A DNA stretch of 64,000 bases from Ascoidea asiatica JCM 7603 (Eukaryota > Fungi > Ascomycota), in NCBI GenBank assembly GCA_001600695.1, contig BCKQ01000001.1, positions 2,549,521-2,613,520 of the forward strand. Direction: 5' to 3'. The translations under genes and the position numbers were made by a program. Below the pieces are notes generated by a model. That model saw only the letters and a program-made list of their open reading frames with translations. It had not been told where the DNA came from and ran no database searches. This document shows, one piece after another, positions 36,596-49,687 of the stretch; position 1 is the first letter of the stretch; every line of letters starts with the position of its first letter.

Positions 36596-38935
36596 ATGGC
36601 TAATACCCAAGTTGATTTTTTAATCAAATTAAATCAAGATAAATTTAAAATTCCCTTGGAATTATATAAAAAAAACTTCAAAGATATTCAAAGAATTCAA
36701 GAAAAGGAAGTATCAAATATTGATAAAATATTATTAACTCATAATAATAAAATCAATTCAAAAACAAAACTTAGAACTAATTTAAAATCAAATTCAAATT
36801 CAAATTCAAATCTAAACACAAATTCAAAATTAGATTGTAGTATATTTTTATCAAATATTGATGATTTAATTGAAAATTTAGAAAATTTTGAGAAAAAACT
36901 TTCAAATAAATTACAATTCCAAGAAAATTATATTGAAAGAATTGAAGATAGAATTGATAATTTTAATGATTTAAAATATATTAAAGAAAAACAAATTCTG
37001 TTAAATTCAATTGATAATAATAATAATTTTATTAATAGTACTAGTATTCATAATAACAACAACAACAACAACAACAACAATAGCAATAATAATGGTTTAC
37101 AATTAAATAATTGGTATAATAATCAAATTAATATTTTAATTTCTGATTATCTTTTAAAAACTTCTGATTATACAAATTTACCTCAAAATTTCTTTAAACA
37201 ACCTTTTACAATTGAAAATAATCTTGATATTAATAGCGACAATAGCATCAACAATAATAATAATAATAATAATCCTGCTTTAGCTTTTATTCAACATTTT
37301 AATCTTTATAATCAAATTGATTATGATCCAATTATAAAATTAAATTTATTATCAACTGATATTTTAATTAAAAAAAATCTTAAAAATTTACATATTTGGG
37401 TTAAAGAAAATAATAATCAATTAAAAAAATCTCAATCAATTTTAAAATTTCAATTATATTTACAAATTTTTATTGAATTAATTAAAAATATTTCTTCAAA
37501 TTATAATTCTATAAATAATAATGATAATTTTAATAATTTATCTTTTATAAATGAATATCAAGAAGCTTTTGCTTTTTTACATCAAGAATTAATTCCAATT
37601 AATAATGAAAATTATAATAAATATTTTACTCAAATTAAATTAGCTATGGGTTTATTAACAATTCCACCTGAAATAATTAAAAATTTTATAAATTTTGAAA
37701 ATTCTAAATTAGATAATTTTAAAAAAAATATAAAAAATTCTTCAATTAATCATGATTATGATTTAAATAATATTAATAATAATTTATATTCTTCTTATCA
37801 TTATGAAAATTTTGAATCTCATTTTAATATAAATTATTTTGAAAATATAAATCCAAATTTAATAAAATTTTTTAAATTATTATCTTATAAAAGATATAAT
37901 TATATTAATGAAATTTTTATTGAAGATTATAATAATTTATATGGTTTAAATAATAATATTGATTTATTAATTTATTTATCTTTAGGTTTATCAACTTTAA
38001 AAAATAGACAATGTATTTCAACTAATGAACTTAAACAATATCATATTAATGATTCTAATTTTTTAGATTATAAATATTTGAATTCATTACAAATTACTCC
38101 AATAAATTCTTTAAAATTAGATCATAAAGATATCATTAAAAATAATAAAATTAATAATCTTAAAGAAATTCAAAAGATTAAAAACGTTGAATTAAAATCA
38201 AAATGTAATAATTGTCCAATATGTTCCTCATATCAAATGATTAAATTATCTAAAAAACTTCCATTTGCTCATAATATTAAATCTAATTTAAATTTTTTTT
38301 ATAAAATTCCAATAAGTTTACCAAATGGAAATATTTATGATAAATTACAATTATATAAATTTGCTGATGGGTTAATAAGTAAATTTTTAATTCATTTTCA
38401 ATTAAAAGATAATTTATTAAAAAATTTAAAAAAAGAATTTAATATCATTAAAAAGGGTTGTTCTATAAAACGTGAGATTAATACTAGTAAAATTTTACAA
38501 CAATGGTTTTGTAATAACATTATTAGTAAAAGATTTAAAAATAAAGATTATTATAAATTTATAAATTCATATATTACTAGTTGGTTTGATTTTTTATCAA
38601 ATATTAATAGTAAAAAATTAATGATTGGAGAAAATAAATTTGATTCTAATGAAAAAATTGAAGATAAAGATAGAAATTTATTACCAGAAAGTTGTATGTC
38701 TCAAAAATCATTTGAATTATATAGTAATGAATTATATCAAATTATTGAAGATTGTAAACAACAAAATGAAAGTCTAAACCATATAAGAGAAGAAACTTTA
38801 GCTGAATTTGATGAAATGTTTTTTGAAATGGTTTTAAATGGAACTTTTGAATCTTGGAGTATTTTTATGGTAATAGATCCATTGACAGGTGAAACATATC
38901 AGCCAAGTGCTTGTAGTAAAGTTTTTCCTACTTAA
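36596..38935 (+). CDS. FYV10: GID/CTLH E3 ligase subunit Fyv10 (Gid9/MAEA); first ATG at 36596
   Basis: N-terminal VDFLIKLNQDKFKIPLEL, LisH-like INILISDYLLK, CTLH LKFQLYLQIFIELIK, LSLGLSTLK, CPICS…LPFAH, LPNGNIYD, terminal IDP…KVFPT. Confidence 0.85.
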   Translation: MANTQVDFLIKLNQDKFKIPLELYKKNFKDIQRIQEKEVSNIDKILLTHNNKINSKTKLRTNLKSNSNSNSNLNTNSKLDCSIFLSNIDDLIENLENFEKKLSNKLQFQENYIERIEDRIDNFNDLKYIKEKQILLNSIDNNNNFINSTSIHNNNNNNNNNNSNNNGLQLNNWYNNQINILISDYLLKTSDYTNLPQNFFKQPFTIENNLDINSDNSINNNNNNNNPALAFIQHFNLYNQIDYDPIIKLNLLSTDILIKKNLKNLHIWVKENNNQLKKSQSILKFQLYLQIFIELIKNISSNYNSINNNDNFNNLSFINEYQEAFAFLHQELIPINNENYNKYFTQIKLAMGLLTIPPEIIKNFINFENSKLDNFKKNIKNSSINHDYDLNNINNNLYSSYHYENFESHFNINYFENINPNLIKFFKLLSYKRYNYINEIFIEDYNNLYGLNNNIDLLIYLSLGLSTLKNRQCISTNELKQYHINDSNFLDYKYLNSLQITPINSLKLDHKDIIKNNKINNLKEIQKIKNVELKSKCNNCPICSSYQMIKLSKKLPFAHNIKSNLNFFYKIPISLPNGNIYDKLQLYKFADGLISKFLIHFQLKDNLLKNLKKEFNIIKKGCSIKREINTSKILQQWFCNNIISKRFKNKDYYKFINSYITSWFDFLSNINSKKLMIGENKFDSNEKIEDKDRNLLPESCMSQKSFELYSNELYQIIEDCKQQNESLNHIREETLAEFDEMFFEMVLNGTFESWSIFMVIDPLTGETYQPSACSKVFPT

Positions 38936-39366
38936 TTTACTTATTTATTCGTTTTTTCTTTACTTTCATGCTCAAAAGAATTATTTCTCTGAATATTTTA
39001 TAGAAGGTATTTTTATAATCAATAAATTTAAAGTATATTCCCCTTCAATTTATAAGCTTATATAGCTTTTTTCTGTATGCAATATTATTAAGGACAACGC
39101 TGCCCCTGAATAATAAAGTTATTGCCCCCATTAACCGCCACGTATAAATGCACCGCCACATATTTTTTCCTGAAGGAAAGTACCACTGCAACGGTTCCTC
39201 TGCGATGGAGCCCTGCAGCAACTGCAACTGTAAATTTTGGCAGCGGAGTGACTTTGCACGGTGCTGGTTATTCTCTTAGTTAGCTCATTACTTGAGCTCT
39301 GTATCTTTATGACTGAGCTGTTTGACGGTTATTTGAAAAGCTCCTCTTTCAAAGTTTGCAGGAATA

Positions 39367-39377
39367 ACCCACAGGGT
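39367..39377. promoter_or_regulatory. Candidate zinc-responsive element (Zap1 ZRE-like) ACCCACAGGGT
   Basis: 11-bp ACC-N5-GGT palindrome about 350 bp upstream of the zinc transporter ATG; resembles ACCTTNAAGGT. Confidence 0.4.
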
Positions 39378-39720
39378 GCTTAGCCAGAAAAATCTACCAT
39401 CTAAGAATTTTTACAATTAACTCACTACAAAAAGAGTATTGTTTCCTTCCTCTATTTTTTTTATTGTTTGATCCTGTTGCAAATTACTAATATTTCTTTT
39501 TTGATAATTTCTGCCAAAATTGTTTTTCATAAAAATTAATTCATTTGCAAGTCAAATAAGATTCAAATCCTCCCGTTAAATAATTTTCAATCACATTCAG
39601 TTTTATTCAATATAAAAAAATTTGATATATTATCATTTATTGTTATTTTTTTTTCCCATAAATTTATACAATATTTATTCAGATTCATATTTTTCTAATA
39701 TCAAAAAAAAAATAAAAAAA

Positions 39721-40926
39721 ATGGAGTCAAATACTTTTAATATAATACCTAGTATTTTAATACGAGATACTGTCACAACCACAATAGATACATGCTCGGA
39801 AGGAAATGATTTTAGTAGAGAATTAATGGGTGCAAGGATCTCATCCATATTTGTTGTGATGATTACTTCTTCCTTTGGTTCTTTGTTTCCAGTATTATCA
39901 TCTCAATATTCATTTATTAAAGTCCCAGATTGGTGTTTTTTCGCTTGTAAATATTTCGGTACTGGAGTAATATTAGCAACTGTTTTCATACATTTATTAG
40001 ACCCGGCAATAACAGCTTTATCAAATTCTTGTCTTGGTGGTACTTTTAATGATTATCCATGGGCTTTAGCAATTTGTTTAATGACCTTAGTTACAATATT
40101 TATTATTGAAGTTTTCATTTTACAATATTTAAAACGAAATCCTTTATCTTCAAAATCTTCACATATATCTAATGCATCTCAATCTCAATCACAATCAGCA
40201 TCTTTAACTTCTTCTATAACTACATCTGAATCTGAATTAAATTTAAATCAAGATACAGATTTAGAAAGAAATGCAACTGTTCATGAACATAATAATGATA
40301 ATGCTTTTGATTCTTGTCAAAATCTTCAATCCCAAATTGATATTAATAAAAATGTTAAAGTTTCAAATAATGAAAATATTAAAGCTATAAACTCATTAAA
40401 TGATTTAAATTCATTTTCTGGTCAAATGGTCTCTATTCTAATTTTAGAATTTGGAATTGTCTTTCATTCAATATTTGTTGGTTTAAGTTTGGCAGTTTCG
40501 GGTAATGAATTTAAAACTTTATATATTGTAGTTGTATTTCATCAATTATTTGAAGGTTTAGGTCTTGGCTCAAGAATTGCTTTAATAAATTGGCCAAAAT
40601 CAAAAAGGAAAACTCCATTCATTTTAGCTATAGCTTATGGTTTTTGTACTCCAATTGCAATTGCAATTGGTTTAGGTGTTAGAAATTCATATGCTCCTGG
40701 TTCAAGAACTGCTTTAATTACTAATGGTGTTTTTGATAGTGTTTCCGCAGGTATTTTGTTATATACTGCAATTGTTGAATTAATGGCTCATGAATTTGTT
40801 TTCAGTGATGAATTTGATGATAAACCAAATGAAAAAAAAAATGCAGGAATGAAAAGACTTTTTTTTGCTTTTGCTTTATTATGTTTTGGAGTGGCATTGA
40901 TGGCTCTTTTAGGTAAATGGGCTTAA
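39721..40926 (+). CDS. ZRT2: ZIP-family zinc transporter (Zrt2/Zrt1-like); first ATG at 39721
   Basis: MGARISSIFV, KYFGTGVILATVFIHLL, ILEFGIVFHSIFVGLSLAV, FHQLFEGLGLGSRI, VELMAHEF, terminal MALLGKWA. Confidence 0.9.
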   Translation: MESNTFNIIPSILIRDTVTTTIDTCSEGNDFSRELMGARISSIFVVMITSSFGSLFPVLSSQYSFIKVPDWCFFACKYFGTGVILATVFIHLLDPAITALSNSCLGGTFNDYPWALAICLMTLVTIFIIEVFILQYLKRNPLSSKSSHISNASQSQSQSASLTSSITTSESELNLNQDTDLERNATVHEHNNDNAFDSCQNLQSQIDINKNVKVSNNENIKAINSLNDLNSFSGQMVSILILEFGIVFHSIFVGLSLAVSGNEFKTLYIVVVFHQLFEGLGLGSRIALINWPKSKRKTPFILAIAYGFCTPIAIAIGLGVRNSYAPGSRTALITNGVFDSVSAGILLYTAIVELMAHEFVFSDEFDDKPNEKKNAGMKRLFFAFALLCFGVALMALLGKWA

Positions 40927-41329
40927 TACCTTTCATTAGATTTTTATTTTTATTCTTCTTATGTTTTATTACCTTTTTTTTTTCTTATCATTAATTTAGA
41001 TTAAATTATCTTTGATATTCTTCTTTTTATATAGAATTATTTCTTCGAACATTGGCATAAATTTTTCATTTTGGGTTTCATTTTTTTTAATAAAAACTTA
41101 TAAAAACTTATAAATTTTCTTACTTTATTTTTGATAGAGTTAACCGAAACCGTAGATAAACCGAATTCCGTGAATTAAAAAAATATCCGTCTATATTTGA
41201 ATCCGCAGATTTTCATATCCGCGACTCAGGAAAACAGCATTAAGAATGCGGATCGAAGCTGCATTTTCTAATCAATGCGGAAAGCATTTGAAAATCATTT
41301 TAATCGCATTTGATATATTGACTAAATTT

Positions 41330-41338
41330 AGTGGCAAT
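41330..41338 (+). promoter_or_regulatory. PACE-like Rpn4 site AGTGGCAAT upstream of RPT5
   Basis: Variant of GGTGGCAAA about 100 bp before a proteasome subunit ATG. Confidence 0.6.
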
Positions 41339-41436
41339 ATCTTAAATATATTGAAAAAAAAGGCTTCATTAATTAATTCATATATTAATTTTGGATCAAC
41401 TGTAAAGAAAAAATTTTAGGATAAATTTCTTTAAGC

Positions 41437-42804
41437 ATGTCTACTTTAGAGGAATTGGATGCTTTGGCAAACTCGAATAATAATAATAATAATGATAATA
41501 TAAGTGATAATGCAAATAATGCTGTAAGTGCTATTCCGGCTAAAAAAGAAGATCCTGATGAAGAATTATTTCAAGATTTAATGAACTCTTCAACTGCTGA
41601 TATTAAAAGTAGAACAAGATTACTTGATAATGATATAAGAGTTATGAAATCGGAAGTTCAAAGATTAAATCATGAAAAATCTACAATGCAAGATAAAATC
41701 AAAGATAATGAAGATAAAATTGCAAATAATAAAGTATTACCATATTTGGTTGCAAATGTCGTTGAATTATTAGATTTAGAAGCTGATGAAGGTGCCGAAA
41801 CAGAAGGTGCTAATATCGATTTAAATTCTACAAGAGTTGGAAAATCTGCTGTTATAAGAGCAACAACTAGACAAACTGTATTTTTACCAATGATCGGTTT
41901 AGTTGATCCAAAAACTTTAAAACCAAATGATTTAGTTGGTGCTAATAAAGATACTTATTTAATATTAGATACTTTACCTGCTGAATATGATTCTAGGGTC
42001 AAAGCCATGGAAGTTGATGAAAAACCAACTGAAACTTATAATGATATAGGTGGTCTTGATAAACAAATTGAAGAATTAGTTGAAGCAGTTGTATTACCAA
42101 TGCAACAAGCAGAAAAATTTAAAAAAATTGGTATTAAACCTCCAAAAGGAGCTTTAATGTATGGTCCTCCAGGTACTGGTAAAACTTTATTAGCAAGAGC
42201 TTGTGCTGCACAATCAAATGCAACTTTTTTAAAATTAGCTGCTCCTCAATTAGTCCAAATGTTTATTGGTGATGGTGCTAAATTAGTACGTGATGCTTTT
42301 GCTTTAGCAAAAGAAAAAGCTCCAACTATTATATTCATAGATGAGTTAGATGCAATTGGAACAAAAAGATTTGATTCTGATAAATCTGGTGATAGAGAAG
42401 TTCAAAGAACTATGTTGGAATTATTAAATCAATTAGATGGTTTTGGCTCTGATGATAGAGTTAAAGTATTAGCTGCTACTAATAGAGTTGATGTATTAGA
42501 TCCTGCTTTACTAAGATCAGGAAGATTGGATAGAAAAATAGAATTTCCATTACCAACAGAAGAAGCAAGATCTCAGATTTTACAGATTCATGCAAGAAAA
42601 ATGAAATGTGATGCATTGATAAATTGGCAAGAATTAGCAAGGAGTACTGATGAGTTCAATGGTGCTCAGCTAAAAGCAGTTGCTGTAGAAGCTGGTATGA
42701 TAGCCTTAAGAAATGGTCAGAATTCTATCAAACATGAAGATTTTGTAGAAGCCGTTGGTGAAGTTCAAGCAAGAAAGTCAAAATCTGTATCGTTTTATGC
42801 ATAA
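41437..42804 (+). CDS. RPT5: 26S proteasome regulatory AAA-ATPase subunit 6A
   Basis: [42 protein letters not shown] region, C-terminal HbYX SFYA. Confidence 0.98.
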   Translation: MSTLEELDALANSNNNNNNDNISDNANNAVSAIPAKKEDPDEELFQDLMNSSTADIKSRTRLLDNDIRVMKSEVQRLNHEKSTMQDKIKDNEDKIANNKVLPYLVANVVELLDLEADEGAETEGANIDLNSTRVGKSAVIRATTRQTVFLPMIGLVDPKTLKPNDLVGANKDTYLILDTLPAEYDSRVKAMEVDEKPTETYNDIGGLDKQIEELVEAVVLPMQQAEKFKKIGIKPPKGALMYGPPGTGKTLLARACAAQSNATFLKLAAPQLVQMFIGDGAKLVRDAFALAKEKAPTIIFIDELDAIGTKRFDSDKSGDREVQRTMLELLNQLDGFGSDDRVKVLAATNRVDVLDPALLRSGRLDRKIEFPLPTEEARSQILQIHARKMKCDALINWQELARSTDEFNGAQLKAVAVEAGMIALRNGQNSIKHEDFVEAVGEVQARKSKSVSFYA

Positions 42805-42971
42805 TTTAAAGCAGTTTATTTAAAGTTATTTGTCCAATAGTTTTTTTTTTTTGATATTTTGAATGTAATTTTTAAATTGATTATATAAAAATCTAAAAAA
42901 ATTCAAATATATTTTGATTCTTAAATTTTTCAGAAAACCTATCATCTCTTTTTCAATTGTTTGCAAAAAAG

Positions 42972-45455
42972 CTATATACTAGTAAAATCATGGTCAAGCA
43001 ATTGAATCAAAATATCTCCAATTTTTTGATGAATATTTTCGGTCTTGAACCTAGAATCTTTCTTTAATTTGATGAGCTCCTCAAAATCATTATAAAGCAT
43101 TTCAATAAACTTCTTATCTTCCATTAAGGATACAATAGAATTAGTTTCATTATCTTCATTGTTACTCTGTCCATTATCACTATAGTCAGTTGAATTTGAA
43201 CAGGTTTTAGATTGTTTGCTTTCAAACATTTCTTTTAGGCTTTCATCAACCATGTTACTGAATTTCTTTAATATTTGTTGAACTATTGAAGTTTTATAAT
43301 AGTAGTGTTGATTGACTTCATGTAAGTGATCATGAAAGTAATTCATTTTAAAATTATTTACCACATTCTTTGTAGCCTCAAATTTATTTGTTTCTTGACC
43401 TGAAAAATTGATATTTTTGAAAATAGAAGAATAAGTTAATAAAGAATTTCTCAACTTTAATTTCTCACTCATTTTAATTATTTTCAAAATACTTTTGGAC
43501 TTTTCATTTTCTATTGCCTCATTGGATTCGTCTTTACCACTTTCAGAAAAGAATTCCACAATTGATGTCAATGAATTATCATTAAATGTCAATAGATAGT
43601 CTATTTTATTAAATGAATTTCCCTTATTCTCAAGAGGATTAGAATAGTTGTAATTATTCAACTCTTTTTTAAGAAAATCTAAAATAAGAACCTTTTGATT
43701 TTCATTTCTCTCACTTAAAATATTTCTCCTTTTTTTAAAATCTTTATTATTACTTTGTAACTCATGAGCCATAAATGAAGATACTATCAACTTATTTATA
43801 ATAAATAAAACTATTTCATTCATATCAAATTTCACCATTCCACTTATAATTTTGTTAAATAAAACAATATCAAGTGTTAAATTATAATTTCTGTTATTAT
43901 TTAAAATAAGTTCCCAGATAATTTTTAAAAAATTATATTTGTCATTAGTTTTGATGAAATATTCCATTATTAAATTTATAGTTATTCTATTGGGATATAA
44001 GTCTTTGAATTCATGAGTTTTAAATTCATCATAAATAGAAAGAGATTTGATAAATGGAGCCTCTATAGTACTCATATCATTTAAAACATGTTCAACTATC
44101 TGATTATTCGAATATTTGATGGCATATTTCAAGATCAAATTAAGGCTTGATATGTGTATTTTGTAAATTTTTTTAGTTTTGAAAAATGTACGTATAGAGT
44201 CTTGATTTTCCTGAGGTGTAATGTTAGGTTGTTGTGAATTCAGAAGAATAATTTCTAATATATCATTATACTCCTGAATTGTGATATTTCTGTTTACTAG
44301 ATATTTAAGCTCAATGAGTAGATTTATTTCTTTGTACGTTATAGGAATATTATATTTTTTCAACTCATTCAAAATATCAGAATATATACTCAAAATATTT
44401 CTAATTAATTTATGGTTTTTATTTTCTAACTTGGTATTTTGATAGGTAGAATAGCCCAATTCTTTTGTATCTAGATTAACAAAGATCTGTAATAAATTTT
44501 CTAGATGTACTGCCTCAAGATATTCAAGTTTTGGTTCAGGTAATTCTGCATATGCCCTGAAAACAGTTTGTAGATAGTTTAATTGACTGTTAAAATTTCC
44601 TTTTATTGATATCAAAAATCTCTGAAAGCTTTGATTATCGTTATCATTTATCATACTTGTTGTAAACAAACTATAATTTTTAAAAGTTTCTTGATATTTA
44701 AATTTATCAACAATAGAAGATAAGTTTGAATTTGAGTGACTATTTGAATTTAAATATAAACAATTTAAAAAATTATAATATTTCACTCTATATTCAAAAG
44801 GAGTTTTATTCTTTCTTAATATTCTTTTTCTTTTTTGCTTAACCTTTCTTAAATTTTCATTTAAATCTTTATCTAATAAGAATAAAAGTTTTTTGATTTC
44901 TTGGTTTTTAATCAACTTCCTTTCTTCATAAATTTTAAATTCTGTAGGTTTATGAATTAATTTGAAAATTAAATTTTCATCTATATTACTTAGCGATATT
45001 TTTTCGCCGGTACTTTTTCTTGAAAGCTTGATATATTTTTTAAGGTAATAATAAATGGCATCTTCGATATTTATGAATATAAATTTTGATGAGTTACTTT
45101 CTTCGGCATTTGATATTGATTTTGTAGGTATAACACTTGTTTCATCGAAATCAAAGATTTCTTTAAGTCTCAAAGATATTTTCTCAGATAATGTTTTTAG
45201 GCTCAAACCAGAATCTAGATTATTATTTAGCATATATTTACCTTTAGCCTGTTTGCCTATACCATTTTCGCTATTATTGATGGACTGAGATGTTTTGTAA
45301 TCATGAATGGAATTTATTGATGAGATTTGATTTATGTTGAACTTATACGATTCTGTATGAAAACTATTTCGATTTTGTTTCCTTATTAGTGAATAATGAG
45401 TTATTGAAAATTTTGAATGACTGGATATAAATTTCACCCTAATAGTGTTAAACAT
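42972..45455 (-). CDS. Probable mitochondrial PPR-like helical-repeat protein
   Basis: Basic Ser-rich presequence-like N-terminus. PPR-like helices HISSLNLILKYAIKY, PNRITINLIMEYF and DIVLFNKIISGMVK. Exact ortholog not recognised. Confidence 0.6.
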   Translation of the reverse strand: MFNTIRVKFISSHSKFSITHYSLIRKQNRNSFHTESYKFNINQISSINSIHDYKTSQSINNSENGIGKQAKGKYMLNNNLDSGLSLKTLSEKISLRLKEIFDFDETSVIPTKSISNAEESNSSKFIFINIEDAIYYYLKKYIKLSRKSTGEKISLSNIDENLIFKLIHKPTEFKIYEERKLIKNQEIKKLLFLLDKDLNENLRKVKQKRKRILRKNKTPFEYRVKYYNFLNCLYLNSNSHSNSNLSSIVDKFKYQETFKNYSLFTTSMINDNDNQSFQRFLISIKGNFNSQLNYLQTVFRAYAELPEPKLEYLEAVHLENLLQIFVNLDTKELGYSTYQNTKLENKNHKLIRNILSIYSDILNELKKYNIPITYKEINLLIELKYLVNRNITIQEYNDILEIILLNSQQPNITPQENQDSIRTFFKTKKIYKIHISSLNLILKYAIKYSNNQIVEHVLNDMSTIEAPFIKSLSIYDEFKTHEFKDLYPNRITINLIMEYFIKTNDKYNFLKIIWELILNNNRNYNLTLDIVLFNKIISGMVKFDMNEIVLFIINKLIVSSFMAHELQSNNKDFKKRRNILSERNENQKVLILDFLKKELNNYNYSNPLENKGNSFNKIDYLLTFNDNSLTSIVEFFSESGKDESNEAIENEKSKSILKIIKMSEKLKLRNSLLTYSSIFKNINFSGQETNKFEATKNVVNNFKMNYFHDHLHEVNQHYYYKTSIVQQILKKFSNMVDESLKEMFESKQSKTCSNSTDYSDNGQSNNEDNETNSIVSLMEDKKFIEMLYNDFEELIKLKKDSRFKTENIHQKIGDILIQLLDHDFTSI

Positions 45456-46027
45456 AATTGATCTCTAATATCAAAAAAAACTAAGGACCTACATATGTAT
45501 TTTAATATTTGAAAAAAGACAGTCTTTGACTAGATTACTTTTCACTAAAATTCGGAAGTATCAGCTAGAACTTCTATTGATATTTATAGAAATATAATCA
45601 TTAACAGTTGACATTTTTTTAGTTTCTAGTCAATCGAATAATCGATTAATGAATAATAGATTTTTTATGATTGATTGGTTCAAAATTTCAAAGCTTTATT
45701 TTTTGTTTATCAAAGATGAACTCCCAGAATACTGGTCTCCGGAGCGGTAAAAAAGAAAATCTTACGTAATCACGCCAGTTTGATCGAATGATTAACCAGA
45801 AAAGATGAAATACTACAATATAAACGATAGTGCTAAAAAAAAATATATTTAATATAAATCATCTGTAAATTCAATAAATTCTAAATAAAAATATAACCCA
45901 AATGTTTTATTAAAAAGCCAGGTTGTATGAATTACAAATCGAAGCTGAAAATATCACAAGAAAATAAAAATATGAATAAGATAAAGTGAAAAAAAAAAAA
46001 GTTCATTTAAAACAGAGAAAAAGTATA

Positions 46028-47602
46028 TTACTCAAGATAAGTTTTTTCCGAAGATTCAGAATAAGGTGGTGGAGTTTTATTATGTATTAAGTTCGAATTT
46101 GATGTGTTTCTTGGGGGCAATCTTGGAACGTCTGATTGATAATTATTGTTAGAAGTTGATGTTGAACTATAAGTTAATGCTGGCGTGCTTGCGGAGAATT
46201 GATGATTAGTCAATAGATAGTTATTTGAGTTTGAAGAGTTTGAAGGATTTGAAAGGTTTGATAGATTACTTGTACTTTGAGAAAAAGGTTTCATATTTTG
46301 AGATTGTGTATTGGTGTCTTGAAGAATATCAACATGAGAATCATCAGAAACAACGACATTATTATGTTTGAATTTGCCAACTACTGCACCTTTACCAACA
46401 GATTTTATAATAGCTCTTCTTGAGAATCCTCTGACATCAACATAAATTAAAGCACAATTAGTTACAGCTTTTCCGGCACTAGATGATAATTCTTTTGCTT
46501 CATCTCCATATGTATGGCCTACCACTTTTGTAGTTGAAGAAGTTGCACCCGATAATAAATTTGTTGCAGCAATATCAACACCATCTAAAACAGTTGTAAA
46601 AGCTAATAAACCTCTTGAAACTAAACCAGGTTTTGAATTTGGATTTTTTTTATTTGAATTTTCTGTTAATTTAGTACCTAAAGAAAGTGCAGCATTTGAA
46701 ACTATTCCTACAGCTTTTGAAGTATATTTTCTTCCAGTTTTAGTAACATTGTTAAGGGTTTCAACTCTTTTTTTTGTTGCCATACTAAAAGAAACTGGAT
46801 TTTCAGTTTGTTTTGTATTTGCAGTATACCAAGTTGCAGCAGAATTTAAACCATTTGAGACGAAGTTAGATGCAGAAATTAAACCATTTGATATTAAAGT
46901 TGAAGTATACAATATTGGATCATTTGGATCAATTGACTGAAAGGATACAGGATTATTAGAACTAAATTGCTTATTATCTGGTAGTGTAACTTCAATATGA
47001 GAATTAGAATCCTGATCATTTATTTTTGAAGCTTGAACATTGGGAATTTTAGCTATGGTATTACCAGTTGAAGTATCTACAAGTATCAACTGACCTTGAT
47101 TATATAAATCTTTTTCTTCTTTTTCTTTATTTTTTGAAAAGTAATTTGGATCGGTAAATTTATTGTCTTCTTGTTCTTTTTCTTCTGATTTTTCTTGTAC
47201 TTGTACTTGTTTTTGATTTTCAACTTTTTCTTCTTTAAAAGTTGAATCAATTTTAATAGTAGTATATTGATTTAGAATATCAAGAAAAGCTAATTTTTCA
47301 TCATTTGATGTATTTGAAAAATCTAAATTGATTTCATCATTGAAATATTCAGAAATTTTGAAAGAATAATTACTTATATTTGAATTAGTTATTATTACAT
47401 CATTTGTTATAGGAAACTCTCTAGAGGAAGGAAATTTTATATACAAAATTCTATTTTGGCAACCATTCAAATCCAGATTTGTTGTGAAATATAATAAAGA
47501 TAATTCTACTCTACCAGATATTTTATCATTTAAATTTGATGATAAGGATTCAATAACTGAATCAATTATTAACACCTTTTCAGAATCAGATTTATATTGC
47601 AT
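46028..47602 (-). CDS. Spartin-like senescence-domain protein (first ATG 47602; true start uncertain)
   Basis: GQLILVDTSTG motif and C-terminal senescence-type helices (GLLAFTTVLDGVDIAATNLL…VVGHTYGDEAKE…VDVRGFSRRAIIKSVGK). Tail carries LPPR and PPPY. Confidence 0.8.
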   Translation of the reverse strand: MQYKSDSEKVLIIDSVIESLSSNLNDKISGRVELSLLYFTTNLDLNGCQNRILYIKFPSSREFPITNDVIITNSNISNYSFKISEYFNDEINLDFSNTSNDEKLAFLDILNQYTTIKIDSTFKEEKVENQKQVQVQEKSEEKEQEDNKFTDPNYFSKNKEKEEKDLYNQGQLILVDTSTGNTIAKIPNVQASKINDQDSNSHIEVTLPDNKQFSSNNPVSFQSIDPNDPILYTSTLISNGLISASNFVSNGLNSAATWYTANTKQTENPVSFSMATKKRVETLNNVTKTGRKYTSKAVGIVSNAALSLGTKLTENSNKKNPNSKPGLVSRGLLAFTTVLDGVDIAATNLLSGATSSTTKVVGHTYGDEAKELSSSAGKAVTNCALIYVDVRGFSRRAIIKSVGKGAVVGKFKHNNVVVSDDSHVDILQDTNTQSQNMKPFSQSTSNLSNLSNPSNSSNSNNYLLTNHQFSASTPALTYSSTSTSNNNYQSDVPRLPPRNTSNSNLIHNKTPPPYSESSEKTYLE

Positions 47603-48484
47603 TTCTAAGGAGCTTTTTAAAGCAATAATTTCTAGTACGTTTGTATGTAAGTTAATATTTGTGTAAGAAAATAAGTAGAGAAATTTGAAGGACAACAGGT
47701 ATTTTTATATCTTCAGATTTATTTATAAACTGATGGTTGAATGTATGATCTGAAATAGCTAAAGCAAAATAAAATCTGAAGTCTGGAAATAATTGATCCA
47801 AAACTTTCTACAGTACTAAAAAAAGGGTTCTTGGTTCACCGAACCTTATCACCTTAACCTCTGTTACATTGAGATAAATAAGAAAAACATGATAAACAAG
47901 ATATCAGCCAGAAATGAGGCTTCGCAGTTTCTCTCGTGCACGCAACACTGCCCAGTCGCGCAAAACACACACGCAAAACAGAAACACCAAAATTGTTCTC
48001 GCTTTTTAAAATGAAAATAAAGTAAAAAACCAGGAGTGAGTCCAGGTTTACGGTGCTTGTATGCGCCTTGTAGTTTTTCAAAAAGGTGTGGCGGTGCCGC
48101 AGACTTAATCCGGGGCAAGTTTCCTTGCCTCGGTGGGTGCTTGACCAATTTCCGGTATTCTCTTCCATTTACCGCACTTGAGATTTGGATGCGAATAATT
48201 ATTATTCTGGTGAGTGTAATGTTAAGTTTCCAGTCGCAAATTTGCTTAAGGGTGAAAAATATTATCATCAAATCAAATCTCAGATTCCTTAGATATATTT
48301 TAGAGTCTTTAGATTTAATATCAATCAATTAAGAATCGATTTAAAAACCAAATTATAAGCTTGGATTTATTTCAATATACCTTCACTTTGACATTAGTCT
48401 ATTCCTTTGCTAGATATCTTTCATTTTATTCTTTAAATCTCGATTCCCGTTAAACTGGTTTTGGTAATAATAAAGAAACTGTAA

Positions 48485-49687
<1,203 letters not shown>

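Noticed and set aside
47603-47900. Possible intron extending the spartin-like gene 5' (TATTAAC…TAG on the minus strand)
   Set aside because: No convincing 5' splice site or upstream ATG exon found.
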